Assembly (NCBI GenBank): GCA_963819475.1
Contig: CAWFWE010000002.1
Coordinates: 10,469-50,468 of the forward strand
Direction of reading: 5' to 3'
Length of the DNA stretch: 40,000 nt
Source: an uncultured Actinomycetes bacterium
GTDB lineage: Bacteria; Actinomycetota; Acidimicrobiia; IMCC26256; DASPTH01
Part shown: in pieces, positions 1-9,510 of the stretch
Position numbering within the stretch: position 1 is the stretch's first letter
Layout of the letters: each line of letters starts with the position of its first letter
The notes under the pieces: generated by a model
Databases searched by the model: none
What the model was told of the DNA's origin: nothing
What the model saw: only the letters and a program-made list of their open reading frames with translations
Program-made: the position numbers and the translations under genes

Positions 1-1
1 C

Positions 2-535
2 CAGCTGGCGGCGTCGACCCTGATGAACGTGGCCAGCGCCGGGAACGACGAGCACGCGGTGATGCTGCGCCTCGCCGCCGGCGGGTTCCGCGACATGACC
101 CGCATCGCGTCGAGCCATCCCGCGATCTGGCCCGACATCTGCCTCGCCAACCGCGACGCGATCGTTGGCGCGCTCGACCGCTACCTCGACGAGCTCACCC
201 GGGTGCGCGCCATCGTCGCCGCCGGTGACCGGAGCGACCTGCTCGCGCTCCTGGAGTCGGCCCGCGTCGCTCGCCGCAACCTGCCCACCGGCATCCCCGC
301 CGACACCACGATGTTCGAGCTGCGCATCCCGGTGCCCGACCGCGAAGGCGTGATCGCGGAGGTGTCGACGCTGGCCGCGCGCTTCGCCGTCAACATCGCC
401 GACCTCGAGATCGCCCACTCGCTCGAGGGCCGCAGTGGTGTCCTGGTGCTGGTCGTCGCCGAGCGCGGCCTCGACGCGTTCGAGCACGCGCTGCTCGAGC
501 ACGGCTACCACGTGTCGCGGACGCCGCTCTCGTGA
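2..535 (+). CDS. tyrA: Prephenate dehydrogenase, C-terminal part (5' end lies outside the window)
   Basis: The frame is open from the window edge. The translation has GFRDMTRIASSHPAIWPDICLANRDAI followed by an ACT-like tail. It sits directly upstream of aroA. Confidence 0.7.
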   Translation, partial: QLAASTLMNVASAGNDEHAVMLRLAAGGFRDMTRIASSHPAIWPDICLANRDAIVGALDRYLDELTRVRAIVAAGDRSDLLALLESARVARRNLPTGIPADTTMFELRIPVPDREGVIAEVSTLAARFAVNIADLEIAHSLEGRSGVLVLVVAERGLDAFEHALLEHGYHVSRTPLS

Positions 536-545
536 GGATCTCGGC

Positions 546-1851
546 GTGAGCGTGCCCACCGACCTGGTTCTCAGTGGCCCGCATCCGCTGCACGGGCGGT
601 TGCGGGTGCCCGGCGACAAGGGCATGTCACATCGCGCGCTGTTGTTCGCGGCCATGGCCGACGGCCGGTCGCGCGTGGTCGGCCTGGCCGGTGGCGACGA
701 CGTGTTCCGCACCCGGCGGGCTCTCGAACTGCTGGGGGTGACCAGCACCGTCGCAGGGGCCGCGGTGACCCTCGACGGGCACGGGGTCGAGGCGTTCACC
801 GAGCCGGCGGGGATCGTCGACTGCGGCAACTCCGGCACCACCATCCGCCTGCTGAGCGGCCTCCTTGCCGGGCGGCCCTTCCTCAGCGTGCTGACCGGTG
901 ACGACTCGCTGGTGCAGCGACCGATGGGCCGGGTCGTCGCGCCGCTGCGTGCCATGGGTGCGCAGCTCGACGGGCGCGCCGACGGCACGCTCCCGCCGCT
1001 CGCCGTGCGCGGCGGCGGGCTCATCGGCACCACCCACTCGTTGACGGCGGCGAGTGCACAGGTGAAGACCGCGCTGCTCCTCGCCGGGCTGCAGGCCGCG
1101 GGCACCACCGAGATCTCCGAGCCCGCGCCCAGCCGCGACCACACCGAGCGGATGCTCGCCGCGCTCGGTGCCCCGGTCACCCGGGTCGACGAGCGCGCGG
1201 TGCGGGTCACCGCCGGCGCGCCCGCGGCCCCTCGACTTCGACGTGCCCGGCGACCCGTCGTCGGCCGCGTTTTGGGTGGTCGCCGCCACCATCACGCCCG
1301 GGTCCGAGCTGGTTATGGAGGACGTCGCGCTGAACCCGGCGCGCATCGCGTTCGTCGACGTGTTGGTGCGCATGGGCGCGGCGATCGAGATGGTGACGAC
1401 CGGTGAACGGCTGGGCGAACCGGTCGGGGAGGTGCGGGTCCGCGCGGCCCCGTTGCACGGCACCACGGTCGAGGGTGCCACCATCCCGTGGGTGATCGAC
1501 GAGATCCCGGCCCTGGCGGTGGCGGCGGCGTTCGCCGACGGCGTCACCGAGTTCCGCGACGCCGGCGAGCTGCGGGTGAAGGAGAGCGACCGCATCGCCA
1601 CCGTCGGCGACCTCCTCACCCGCCTCGGGGTGGGGGTCGAGTCGGGCGCCGACCACCTCGTGGTGCGGGGCGGGCAGCCGGGGCCGGCCGCGCTCGACAG
1701 TCACGGCGACCACCGGGTGGCGATGGCGGGCGCGGTGGCCGCCAACGCGCTCGAGGGCGAGACCGTCGTGCACGACTGGCGGGCGGTGGCGAGCTCGTAC
1801 CCGGAGTTCACCCAGGACCTCGACACCCTGACGGGGAGGGCAGCACGGTGA
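546..1851 (+). pseudogene. aroA: 3-phosphoshikimate 1-carboxyvinyltransferase (EPSP synthase) with an apparent frameshift near 1218-1231
   Basis: GTG start at 546. N-terminal motifs (LRVPGDKGMSHRALL, CGNSGTTIRLL) are in phase 0. The C-terminal part (FDVPGDPSSAAFW, ELRVKESDRI) continues in phase 1 from about 1228. The two ORFs (435..1406 and 1168..1851) overlap at a CCCC run. Confidence 0.85.
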
Positions 1852-2522
1852 GCCCGGGACCGCGTGTGATCGCGATCGACGGCCCCGCCGGGTCGGGGAA
1901 GTCGACGGTGGCGCGCGGTGTGGCCGCCGCGCTCGGGCTGCCGACGCTCGACACCGGCGCGATGTACCGCGCGGTGGCGTTGGCCGCGCTCGAGGCCGGC
2001 GTCGACCTCGGCGACGGCGACGCAGTCGCGGCAGTCGCGAAGGCGGCGCGCATCGACCTCGACGATGGTCGCATCGCGCTCGACGGCCGCGAGGTGTCGG
2101 AGGAGATCCGGGGGCCGCGCGTCACCGGCGTGGTGTCGCAGGTGTCGTCGCACCCCGCGGTACGCGCGGTGCTCGTCGACCGTCAGCGGGCGTGGGTGGC
2201 GGAGCGCGGTGCGGGAGTGGTCGAGGGCCGCGACATCGGCACCGTCGTGCTCACCGAGGCGCCGGTGAAGGTGTTCATCACGGCCCGCGACGACATCCGT
2301 GCGGCCCGTCGGCAGGGCGACGAAGCGGCGGCGGCGCGCAGCGTGGCCGTCGACGCCGTCCAACAGGCGCTGGCGAGCCGGGACCGGGCCGACTCGACCC
2401 TCGGTCGTGCGACCCGGCCCGAGGACGCCGCGGCCGACGCCATCGTCATCGACACCAGCGACGTGGCCGCCGACGACGTGATCGCGCAGGTCGTCGCCCG
2501 GGCCGAGCAGGCGTTCGCGTGA
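1848..2522 (+). CDS. cmk: Cytidylate kinase
   Basis: GTG at 1848 overlaps the aroA stop (GTGA). P-loop IAIDGPAGSGKST, followed by LDTGAMYRA. Confidence 0.9.
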   Translation: MSPGPRVIAIDGPAGSGKSTVARGVAAALGLPTLDTGAMYRAVALAALEAGVDLGDGDAVAAVAKAARIDLDDGRIALDGREVSEEIRGPRVTGVVSQVSSHPAVRAVLVDRQRAWVAERGAGVVEGRDIGTVVLTEAPVKVFITARDDIRAARRQGDEAAAARSVAVDAVQQALASRDRADSTLGRATRPEDAAADAIVIDTSDVAADDVIAQVVARAEQAFA

Positions 2523-3145
2523 CCTTCTACCAATTCGCGCGCGGCATCGTGCTCAGCCTGTTCCGGGTGGTGTTCCGCGTGCGGGTGGTCGGGAGGGAGC
2601 GCGTCCCCAAGGTGGGCGCGTACATCGTCGCCCCGTCGCACCGGTCCATCCTCGACATCCCGTTCGCCGCGTTCATCACCGGCCGCACGGTGCGGTTCCT
2701 GGCCAAGGACGACCTGTTCTCGACCCCCTTGGGTCGCCGGTTGTTCGACGCGCTCGGCGCGGTGGAGGTCGAACGGGGCACCGCCGACCGTGCCGCGCTC
2801 CGCGCGCTGGAGGACGCGCTCGCGGCCGGGTCGCCGGTGGCGGTGTTCCCGGAGGGCACCCGGAAGTCGGGGCCCGAGATCGGCGAGCTCTACGCGGGCG
2901 CCGCGTTCCTCGCCATCAAGCTGGGCGTGCCGATCGTGCCGGTCGGCGTCGGCGGGAGCGAGCACATCCTGCCCAAGGGCAAGCTCCTCCCGCGCGTCCA
3001 CCGGGTGGCGGTGTCGGTCGGGCATCCCATCCATCCGCCGCTGCTCGACGGCCGGGCCCGGCGCGCCGCGGCGACGAAGCTCACCGAGGAGCTGCGCGTC
3101 GAGTTGCAACGGTGCTTCGACGACGCCGAGCGGCTCGCGCGCTGA
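2519..3145 (+). CDS. plsC: 1-acyl-sn-glycerol-3-phosphate acyltransferase family protein
   Basis: GTG at 2519 overlaps the cmk stop. Acyltransferase HX4D motif (PSHRSILD) and FPEGTR motif are present. Confidence 0.8.
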   Translation: MTFYQFARGIVLSLFRVVFRVRVVGRERVPKVGAYIVAPSHRSILDIPFAAFITGRTVRFLAKDDLFSTPLGRRLFDALGAVEVERGTADRAALRALEDALAAGSPVAVFPEGTRKSGPEIGELYAGAAFLAIKLGVPIVPVGVGGSEHILPKGKLLPRVHRVAVSVGHPIHPPLLDGRARRAAATKLTEELRVELQRCFDDAERLAR

Positions 3146-3151
3146 GGCGCG

Positions 3152-4204
3152 TCAGCCCGCCAGCACGCCCGACGCGTCGACGCGCCGATCGTCGGTGAAC
3201 GCGCCGCTCGCACCGTCGGGCGCCGCACCGCCGAACAGCACCGGGGCGGCGACGTCGAGGGTCGTCATCAGCTCGCGCAGCTCCCGGGGCGGCGGGAAGT
3301 ACTCGTCCTCCTCGGTGACGTGCACCGGGACGACACCCCCGCTCGGAGCGAGCTGGGCGATGACCGCCTGCACCAGGTCCTCGGGTGCGCTGGCGCCGGC
3401 GGTCACGCCGACGACGCGCGCGTCGCCGAGCGCGTCGGCGTCGAGCTCAGCGGGCCCGTCGATGCGCAGCACGGTCGGGCACCCGGCAGCCCTGGCCACC
3501 TTCGCCAGCGCGAGCGTGTTCGACGAGTTGGCGCTCCCGATCACCACGATGGCGTCGGCCTCCGCCGCGATCGCCTGCAGCGCGGCTTGCCGGTTGGTGG
3601 TGGCGAAGCACAGGTCGTTGCGGGCGGCGGTCCACAGCTCCGGGTAGGAGGCCCGGGCGCGGTCCATGATCCCCTCCCAGTCGTGGATGGAGAGCGTGGT
3701 CTGCGCGAGGAGCGCGACCTTGGAGGGGTCGCCCACCTCGGGCAGCACGTCGGCGAGGTCGTCCTCGTGCTCGACCAGCCGGATGGCGTCGGGCGCGACC
3801 GCGAGGGTGCCGGTCGCCTCGTCGTGGCCGCGGTGGCCCACGTAGAGGACGGTGAAGCCCTTCCCGGCCCGGACCTTGGCCTCGTGGTGGACCTTGGTGA
3901 CGAGCGGGCAGACGGCGTTCACCACGAACCGGTCCCGATCCCGCGCCGCGGTGACCACCTCCGGCGCCGAGCCGTGAGCCGAGAGCATGAGGGGGGCGCC
4001 GGGGGGAACGTCGTCGACGTCGTCGACGAACACCACCCCGAGCTCGCGGAACCGGTCGACGACCAGCCGGTTGTGCACGATCTCGTGGTAGCAGTACACC
4101 GGCGGCTCGAAGACCCGGATCATCCACGAGAGGGCCTTGATGGCCATCTCCACCCCGGCGCAGAACCCGCGCGGTTGGGCGAGCAGCACTTTCTCCACCG
4201 GCAT
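3152..4204 (-). CDS. ispH: 4-hydroxy-3-methylbut-2-enyl diphosphate reductase
   Basis: Start taken at MPVEKVLLAQPRGFCAGVEMAI (ATG at 4204). LytB-like sequence runs throughout. The 51 codons upstream in ORF 3152..4357 look non-coding. Confidence 0.9.
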   Translation of the reverse strand: MPVEKVLLAQPRGFCAGVEMAIKALSWMIRVFEPPVYCYHEIVHNRLVVDRFRELGVVFVDDVDDVPPGAPLMLSAHGSAPEVVTAARDRDRFVVNAVCPLVTKVHHEAKVRAGKGFTVLYVGHRGHDEATGTLAVAPDAIRLVEHEDDLADVLPEVGDPSKVALLAQTTLSIHDWEGIMDRARASYPELWTAARNDLCFATTNRQAALQAIAAEADAIVVIGSANSSNTLALAKVARAAGCPTVLRIDGPAELDADALGDARVVGVTAGASAPEDLVQAVIAQLAPSGGVVPVHVTEEDEYFPPPRELRELMTTLDVAAPVLFGGAAPDGASGAFTDDRRVDASGVLAG

Positions 4205-4244
4205 GCGATCGAGGGTAGCGAACCCCTTCCCGTAGACTGGAGCG

Positions 4245-5677
4245 ATGCCGACCGCCCGTGTGGTGGCGGTCGCGCCCGGCTCGCCGGCAGCTGCCGCCGG
4301 GCTCCTCCCCGGCGACGAGCTGCTCACGCTCAACGGCGAGATGGTGCGCGACGTCATCCGCTACCAGATCCAGGCCGACGAGCCGCGCGTCGAGCTCGAG
4401 ATCCGCCGCGGCGGGCTCGAGCAGCTGGTGCTGGTCGAGAAGGACGCCGGCATGCCCCTGGGGCTCGACCTCGCCGAGCGCGGTGTTCGACCGCGTGCGC
4501 ACGTGCGACAACCACTGCCCGTTCTGCTTCATCTACCAGCTGCCGCCGGGCATGCGGAAGAGCCTGTCGCTGAAGGACGACGACTACCGGCTGTCGTTCC
4601 TCTACGGCAACTTCACGACGCTCACGCGCTTCACCGAGGCCGATCTCGAGCGCGTCGTCACCGAGCAGCTGAGCCCGCTGTACGTGAGCATCCACGCCAC
4701 CGACCCCGAGCTGCGGGCCCGGCTGCTGCGCAACCGGCGCGGCGCCACCAGCCTCCGGTGGCTCGCGGCGCTGCTCGACGCCGGCATCGAGGTGCACGGG
4801 CAAGTGGTGGTGTGCCCCGGCATCAACGACGGCGACGCGCTCGACGACACCCTGCTCGGCGTGCTCGACCGCTTCCCCGCGCTGGCGTCGGTGGGCGTCG
4901 TGCCACTCGGGGTGAGCGACCACACCACCGAGCCCGAGATGCGACCGCACACCCGGGCGGAGGCGGAGCGGGTCGTCGACATCGTGGCCGCGTGGCAGCA
5001 GCGGTTCGTCGACGCGCTCGGATCGGCGCCTGGTGTACGCCTCCGACGAGTACTTCCTCCTGGCCGGACGGCCGTTCCCGGCACTCGACGCCTACGACGA
5101 CCTGCCCCAGCACGAGAACGGCATCGGCATGGCCGCGCAGTTCGCCCGCGAGGTGCGGGCCGAGCTCGTGGGCCAGCCGGTCGACATCCAGGGGACCCGC
5201 ACCGGGTTCTTCGCCTGGGTCGACGGCGCCCCGGCGGAGGGCTACCGGGCACCCCGTGTGACCGAATCGCCCACCGAATCCACCGAATCGCCCACCGAAT
5301 CGGTGCGCGGGCGCGCCGAATCGCCCACCGAATCGGTCCCACGGAAAAGCAGCATCACCCTGCTCACCGGCGAATACGGCGCCCGGGTCCTGGCGCCGGT
5401 GGCCGACGACCTCGCGGCCGCCGCCGGCGCGCCGGTGCGCGTGGTCCCGGTCGCCAACCGGTTCTTCGGCGGCAACATCGCGGTGACCGGCCTCCTCACC
5501 GGCCCCGACGTCGCCCGGGCCGTCGACGCCGCGCCGGCGGGCGAGCGCATCCTGCTCCCTGACGTCGTGCTCTCGAACGGCCGCTTCCTCGACGGCACCA
5601 CCCCCGAGGACCTGCCGCGCCCGGTCGAGATCGTGGAGACCGACGGCGCGTCGCTGGTCCGGGCCATCCGGTCATGA
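4245..5677 (+). pseudogene. PDZ-domain / DUF512 radical-SAM-like protein, split over three reading phases (two apparent frameshifts)
   Basis: The PDZ-like N-terminus (GSPAAAAGLLPGDELLTLNG) is in phase 0. The CDNHCPFCF cysteine motif and core are in phase 1 from about 4483. The C-terminus (VYASDEYFLLAG...ENGIGM...) is in phase 2 from about 5024. The stop overlaps the der start (ATGA). Confidence 0.75.
5261..5335 (+). repeat. In-frame tandem repeat (21-nt unit accgaatcgcccaccgaatc[c/g]) inside the DUF512 gene
   Basis: Two adjacent 21-nt units lie at 5261-5281 and 5282-5302. After a 15-nt spacer there is a third partial unit at 5318-5335. Together they encode TESPTESTESPTESVRGRAESPTES. Confidence 0.9.
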
Positions 5678-7008
5678 CCGAACCGCTCCCGGTGGTCGCG
5701 GTCGTCGGCCGTCCGAACGTCGGCAAGTCGACCCTCGTGAACCGCTTCGTCGGCCGCCGCGACGCCATCGTCGAAGAGAAGCCGGGCGTCACCCGCGACC
5801 GCAAGATGCTGGAGGCCGACTGGAACGGCCGCTCGTTCACCGTGGTCGACACCGGCGGCTGGCTCGCCCCCACCTCGGGAGAGGGCTCCGCCCCCCTGGC
5901 CCGTCGGATCAGCGGCCAGGCCGAACGCGCCGTCGCCGACGCCGACGTCATCCTCATGGTCGTCGACGTCAACGTCGGCATCACCGAGGAGGACGCTCAG
6001 GTCGCCCGCATCCTCCAGCGGACGCAGAAGCCCGTGCTCCTCGTCGCCAACAAGGTCGACGACGAACGCCGCGAGCACGAGGCCTGGGCGCTCACCCGAC
6101 TCGGCCTGGGTACCCCGCACCCGGTGTCGGCCATCCACGGACGGGGGAGCGGTGACCTGCTCGACGCCCTGGTCGACGTGTTGCCGCGGCCGCCGGAGGC
6201 GCCGGAGGCCGAGGACCCGAACGACCGACTGTTCTCGGTCGCGATCGTCGGCCGGCCCAACGTCGGCAAGTCGACGCTGTTCAACCGGCTGGTCGGCGAC
6301 GAGCGCTCCATCGTGCACGACCTTCCCGGCACCACCCGCGACGCGGTCGACACCGTGGTCGAGACCGAGGACGGCCCGCTGCGGTTCGTCGACACGGCGG
6401 GGATGCGCCGGCGGAGCCGCATCGACGAGCCGACCGAGTACTACTCGCTCGTCCGCGCGCTGCAGGCGGTCGACCGCGCCGACGCCGCGCTGCTCGTGAT
6501 CGACGCCCACGAGGGCGTGAGCCACCAGGACCAGCGGCTCGCCGAGCGCGTCGACGCCGCCGGCACCGCGATCGTCATCGTCCTCAACAAGTGGGACCTG
6601 CTCGACGCCGAGGGGCGGGCCAAGGCCAAGATCGACGTCGCCGACCGGCTCGCGTTCCTCGCCTACGCGCCCGTGCTCACGGTGTCGGCGTTGACCGGCA
6701 AGATGATGCAGCGGGTGCTGCCCGCGTTGCGTCAGGCCGAGGAGGCGTACCACCAGCGCGTACCGACGGCGGCGCTGAACCGCGTGATCCGCGAGGCGCA
6801 GGCGGCCCACCCGCCGCCGGCCCTGAAGCGGCACCGCCCGCGGATCCTGTACGCGACCCAGGGAGCGAACGACCCACCGACGTTCACCCTGTTCGCCACC
6901 CACGAGCTGCCGCCGACGTACCTCCGCTACGTCGAGCGCAAGATCCGTGAGGCCTTCGACCTCGGCCCCACGCCGGTCAAGATCCGGGTCCGCCGCCGCA
7001 ACGGCTGA
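5674..7008 (+). CDS. der: Ribosome-associated GTPase Der (EngA), double GTPase domain
   Basis: Two G-domains with GRPNVGKSTL (twice) and DTGG/DTAG motifs, plus a KH-like C-terminus. Confidence 0.95.
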   Translation: MTEPLPVVAVVGRPNVGKSTLVNRFVGRRDAIVEEKPGVTRDRKMLEADWNGRSFTVVDTGGWLAPTSGEGSAPLARRISGQAERAVADADVILMVVDVNVGITEEDAQVARILQRTQKPVLLVANKVDDERREHEAWALTRLGLGTPHPVSAIHGRGSGDLLDALVDVLPRPPEAPEAEDPNDRLFSVAIVGRPNVGKSTLFNRLVGDERSIVHDLPGTTRDAVDTVVETEDGPLRFVDTAGMRRRSRIDEPTEYYSLVRALQAVDRADAALLVIDAHEGVSHQDQRLAERVDAAGTAIVIVLNKWDLLDAEGRAKAKIDVADRLAFLAYAPVLTVSALTGKMMQRVLPALRQAEEAYHQRVPTAALNRVIREAQAAHPPPALKRHRPRILYATQGANDPPTFTLFATHELPPTYLRYVERKIREAFDLGPTPVKIRVRRRNG

Positions 7009-7113
7009 TCCGTTCGCCGCCAGGGGATTACCGAACCTTTCCTCAATGAATCGGCCCCGACTGCCGAGACTCGTCAAGGCGTGGGAAAGGCCTGACGTCG
7101 GACGAGAGACCCA

Positions 7114-7686
7114 ATGTTTCGTATCGGCAATGCCAGACGGGCGAGCGGAGAACGCGGGGCGGCCCTGGTCGAGACGGCGATCCTGATCCCCGTCGTCCTC
7201 ATGATCACGTTCGGCTTGATCGAGTTCTCGTCGGCGTACCAATCGTCGTCGACAGCGACGGCGGCGTCGCGCACGGCAGCCCGCACCGCGTCGGCGGAGG
7301 CGCTGCTGCCGACGTACGCCACTGACGCCGCGGCCGCGGCCGCGACCGCGTTGAAGCAGGTGCCGGCGAACGAGCCGGTGGAGATGTGGATCTACCGGGC
7401 GAACACTGCGGGCTATCCGGAGTCCGGCGACTTCTCGGCCTGCACGACCCACTGCATCAAGTATTCGTGGATCCAGTCGAGCCGGACCTTCGACACCGCG
7501 AACCCGAGTGGTGGCGGCTGGCCCTACTCCCAGCAGAACGCGTGCAACCAGACCAACTGGGACTCGGTCGGGGTCTACGTCAAGCTGAACCACAAGTTCC
7601 TGACCAGGCTCTTCGGAGCCAACATCACCTTGTCCGACCACGCGGTGTTCCGGCTCGAGCCCGCCCCGACCCAGCTGTGCCCCTAG
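7114..7686 (+). CDS. TadE-like pilus/pseudopilin-related protein
   Basis: The N-terminus (GERGAALVETAILIPVVLMITFGLIEFS) matches the TadE-like hydrophobic segment. Confidence 0.6.
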   Translation: MFRIGNARRASGERGAALVETAILIPVVLMITFGLIEFSSAYQSSSTATAASRTAARTASAEALLPTYATDAAAAAATALKQVPANEPVEMWIYRANTAGYPESGDFSACTTHCIKYSWIQSSRTFDTANPSGGGWPYSQQNACNQTNWDSVGVYVKLNHKFLTRLFGANITLSDHAVFRLEPAPTQLCP

Positions 7687-7691
7687 CGGTC

Positions 7692-9488
7692 ATGACCTCG
7701 TTCATCGACCGGGTCCGTCGAGGCGAACCGCGCGAACAGGGCTTCTTCATGGTCTGGTTCGCGCTGACGTTCGTCGCGCTGACCGCCTTCGCGGGGCTGG
7801 CGATCGAGTACAACCGCTGGCAGCAGATCGCGACGCGCGCGCAGAAGGCCGCGGACGCGGCCGCGCTCGCGGGAGCGGTCTTCATGCCCGAGAACGCGGG
7901 CAACAAGGCGTACACGACCGCGCAGACGGTCGCCAGCGAGAACGGCTTCACCAACGGGAGCAATGGCGTCACCGTCACCACCGCCCCAGGCCAGCTTCCG
8001 AACCAGCTCAAGGTCACGGTCGCGATCAACACCAAGAATCCGTGGGGCGCGATCGTGAACTACAACAACACGACGATCGTGCGTAAGGCGGTGGCCGAGT
8101 ACCAGCTGCCGCAGAACCTGGGGAGCCCGCAGAACTCCTACGGGAACGACCCCGAGTCGGCCGCCGCCCAACCTCAATTGTGGGGCAACGTGTTCGGTCC
8201 GTCCTCGAACAAGGACAAGGGAGACGCGATCCAGTCGGTGGGGCCGACGGCCAATACGACGCTCTGCAACGCCGACAACTGCAACGGTCCGGCAGCGGCA
8301 CCCGTCGCCGGCCAGAACCGTGACTACGACGCCAACGGCTACTTCTACGGCATCGACGTGCCGACGGGGATGACCGGGGCCTTGAACGTGCAGGTGTACG
8401 ACCCCGGCTTCGTCCACGTCGGCGACAACTGTGGTGGCAGCGACGCGAACGCGAACAACAGCCTGAATGCGGCCGCGACGCTCACCGCGGCGCAGATCCC
8501 GGGCTACAGCGGGACCATCACGCCGGCGGTGCGCTACGCCTCGGCGAGCTCCAGTGCGTTCTGCAACGGAGACAACTACTACGGAGACGGCAGCAACACC
8601 GCCAACCCCTGGACGATGTGGACGCTGCGCGCCCCCGACATCTCGACGTGGGATCCGACCAACAACCCGATCGTCTGCCAGGCCGAGTTCCCGGGCGTCT
8701 ACCCCGAGACGACGAACGGGCAGCCGAACGGCACCGTCGACGCCAACGCCTTGAAGACGCTGTTGCAGCAGTCGACCAACTACCCCGGCACGAATCCGGC
8801 GCGCACGTTCGCGTCGTTCTTCCGCCAGTGGGTGTCGATCTGCAGCGTCAACAGCCCGGTGCAGGGGACCTACTTCCTCCAGGTGCAGACCGGGAAGAAG
8901 ATCAACGGCACTGCGGCGCCCAATGGCGGGGGCTCGAACCGCTTCTCGATCCGCGTTGGCGCGGGCTCGAACTTCACCGCCAGCAACGGGCTCCACGTGT
9001 ACGGCAACCAGAAGATGGGCGCGTACGCGAACGCCACCGGCGCGAACACGCAGTTCTTCCTCACCCGCGTGCTCCCGGGCGAGGCCGGCAAGACGCTGGT
9101 GCTGAACTTCTACGACACCGGCGATGCGTCGCAACCCGGGACGCTGGCCGTGCTGCCGCCCGCCGACTCGAACGTGACCGGCGGGGTGTTCGCGAACTGC
9201 CTGTTCACCCAACCCGCGGGCAACGCCAGCGGCCCTCCCTGGGGCACCTTCAGCAGCACCGCCTCCGGGTGCAAGATCACCGGCGTGTCGAACTCCGGGA
9301 CGCCGAACTACAACGGTCAGTGGGTCACGTGGGAGATCCCGATTCCGGGGACCTACACCTGCAACTCCTCCGATCCGCTCGGGTGCTGGACGAAATTGCA
9401 GTTCATCTACCCGGCCGGCACCAATGTCAGCGACACGACGACCTGGAGCGCGTACATCCTCGGGGAGCCCGTACGCCTCATTCAGTAG
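7692..9488 (+). CDS. TadG-like (Tad_N-type N-terminus) large secreted or surface protein
   Basis: Start at ATG 7692 (MTSFIDRV). The N-terminus GFFMVWFALTFVALTAFAGLAIEYNRW...AADAAALAGA resembles the TadG N-terminal domain. The remaining roughly 500 aa are N/T/G-rich, with no motif I recognise. Confidence 0.55.
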   Translation: MTSFIDRVRRGEPREQGFFMVWFALTFVALTAFAGLAIEYNRWQQIATRAQKAADAAALAGAVFMPENAGNKAYTTAQTVASENGFTNGSNGVTVTTAPGQLPNQLKVTVAINTKNPWGAIVNYNNTTIVRKAVAEYQLPQNLGSPQNSYGNDPESAAAQPQLWGNVFGPSSNKDKGDAIQSVGPTANTTLCNADNCNGPAAAPVAGQNRDYDANGYFYGIDVPTGMTGALNVQVYDPGFVHVGDNCGGSDANANNSLNAAATLTAAQIPGYSGTITPAVRYASASSSAFCNGDNYYGDGSNTANPWTMWTLRAPDISTWDPTNNPIVCQAEFPGVYPETTNGQPNGTVDANALKTLLQQSTNYPGTNPARTFASFFRQWVSICSVNSPVQGTYFLQVQTGKKINGTAAPNGGGSNRFSIRVGAGSNFTASNGLHVYGNQKMGAYANATGANTQFFLTRVLPGEAGKTLVLNFYDTGDASQPGTLAVLPPADSNVTGGVFANCLFTQPAGNASGPPWGTFSSTASGCKITGVSNSGTPNYNGQWVTWEIPIPGTYTCNSSDPLGCWTKLQFIYPAGTNVSDTTTWSAYILGEPVRLIQ

Positions 9489-9510
9489 TCGCGTGATCCA
9501 ATAGGGGTCG

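Noticed and set aside
3140-3156. A short palindrome (gctga..tcagc) spanning the convergent plsC and ispH stop codons, read as a terminator.
   Set aside because: The arms are only 5 bp and there is no T-run. This is too weak to call.
1218-5030. Programmed ribosomal frameshifting as the explanation for the aroA and DUF512 frame changes.
   Set aside because: I saw no slippery heptamer or downstream structure at the junctions. To my knowledge neither family uses recoding. An indel, real or artefactual, is the simpler explanation.
5261-5335. The tandem repeat considered as a CRISPR or other array.
   Set aside because: There are only about 3 short units with no unique spacers of regular length. 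The repeat is in frame inside a conserved CDS.
4258-5562. The Arg/Pro-rich C-terminal tail of ORF 4258..5562 (after about 5030) and the tail of ORF 4245..5261 (after about 4485), read as real protein sequence.
   Set aside because: Both tails are out-of-frame read-through of the same gene. The conserved continuation is in the neighbouring phase.
5242-7641. 799-aa ORF on the minus strand opposite der. Similar long antisense ORFs occur at 627..1619, 2183..3109, 7683..9617, 33358..34668 and 35707..37878, and in the upstream parts of 29916..31967 and 38388..39992.
   Set aside because: These are shadow ORFs typical of high-GC DNA. They have R/G/P/A-rich, low-complexity translations with no recognisable motifs. 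Each lies antisense to a gene with strong family signatures.
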